From contig OZ024763.1 in assembly GCA_964016885.1 (NCBI GenBank), forward strand, positions 15,128,001 through 15,192,000: DNA of 64,000 nucleotides, read 5' to 3'. Positions within the stretch are counted from its first letter, which is position 1; each line of letters opens with the position of its first letter. The stretch is from Eledone cirrhosa (Eukaryota). A model generated the notes under the pieces. It saw only the letters and a program-made list of their open reading frames with translations. It was not told where the DNA came from and ran no database searches. Positions 63,815 through 64,000 of this stretch are shown here, in pieces. A program made the translations under genes and the position numbers.

Positions 63815-64000
63815 TATAGCTGGCTCCTACCATGTTGTATCAGATAGGCTTCTAGGATGTTTTAATGATAGAGGACCCAGTCCTATCATATATTTGAAAC
63901 AAATATTATTTTTGCTTTATTATTAAAGGGGTCATATAGGAGTAAAAAGCACCTAGCACACACTGTAAATGTGGTTGGCGTTAAGAAGGACATCCAGCTG

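Overview
Very repeat-rich animal genomic DNA. The (TA)n/(CA)n/(ACC)n microsatellites, RTE LINEs and SINE families suggest an Octopus-like coleoid cephalopod, but that is an inference. The window is almost entirely intron of a minus-strand gene. One clear 530-bp exon (26105-26634) encodes the PDZ domain of unconventional myosin XVIII (MYO18A-like). There is also a likely 27-nt in-frame microexon (20019-20045) and weaker upstream exon candidates. The rest is microsatellites, TE-derived tandem arrays, two main SINE families, RTE LINE remnants, piggyBac-, pogo- and mariner-type MITEs, a non-autonomous Helitron and a 200-N gap. The most unusual signal is about 13 loci from several unrelated short non-coding families that carry a complete, degenerate or partial minimal type I hammerhead ribozyme motif (stem I-CUGANGA-stem II-GAAA-palindromic stem III-UH-stem I). 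They are usually next to (TA)n, and many are folded back into long near-perfect palindromes whose two arms share copy-specific variants. This looks like a diverse Penelope-like/retrozyme-type system with fold-back insertion. All folds were done by eye, and almost all long ORFs in the track are low-complexity artefacts.
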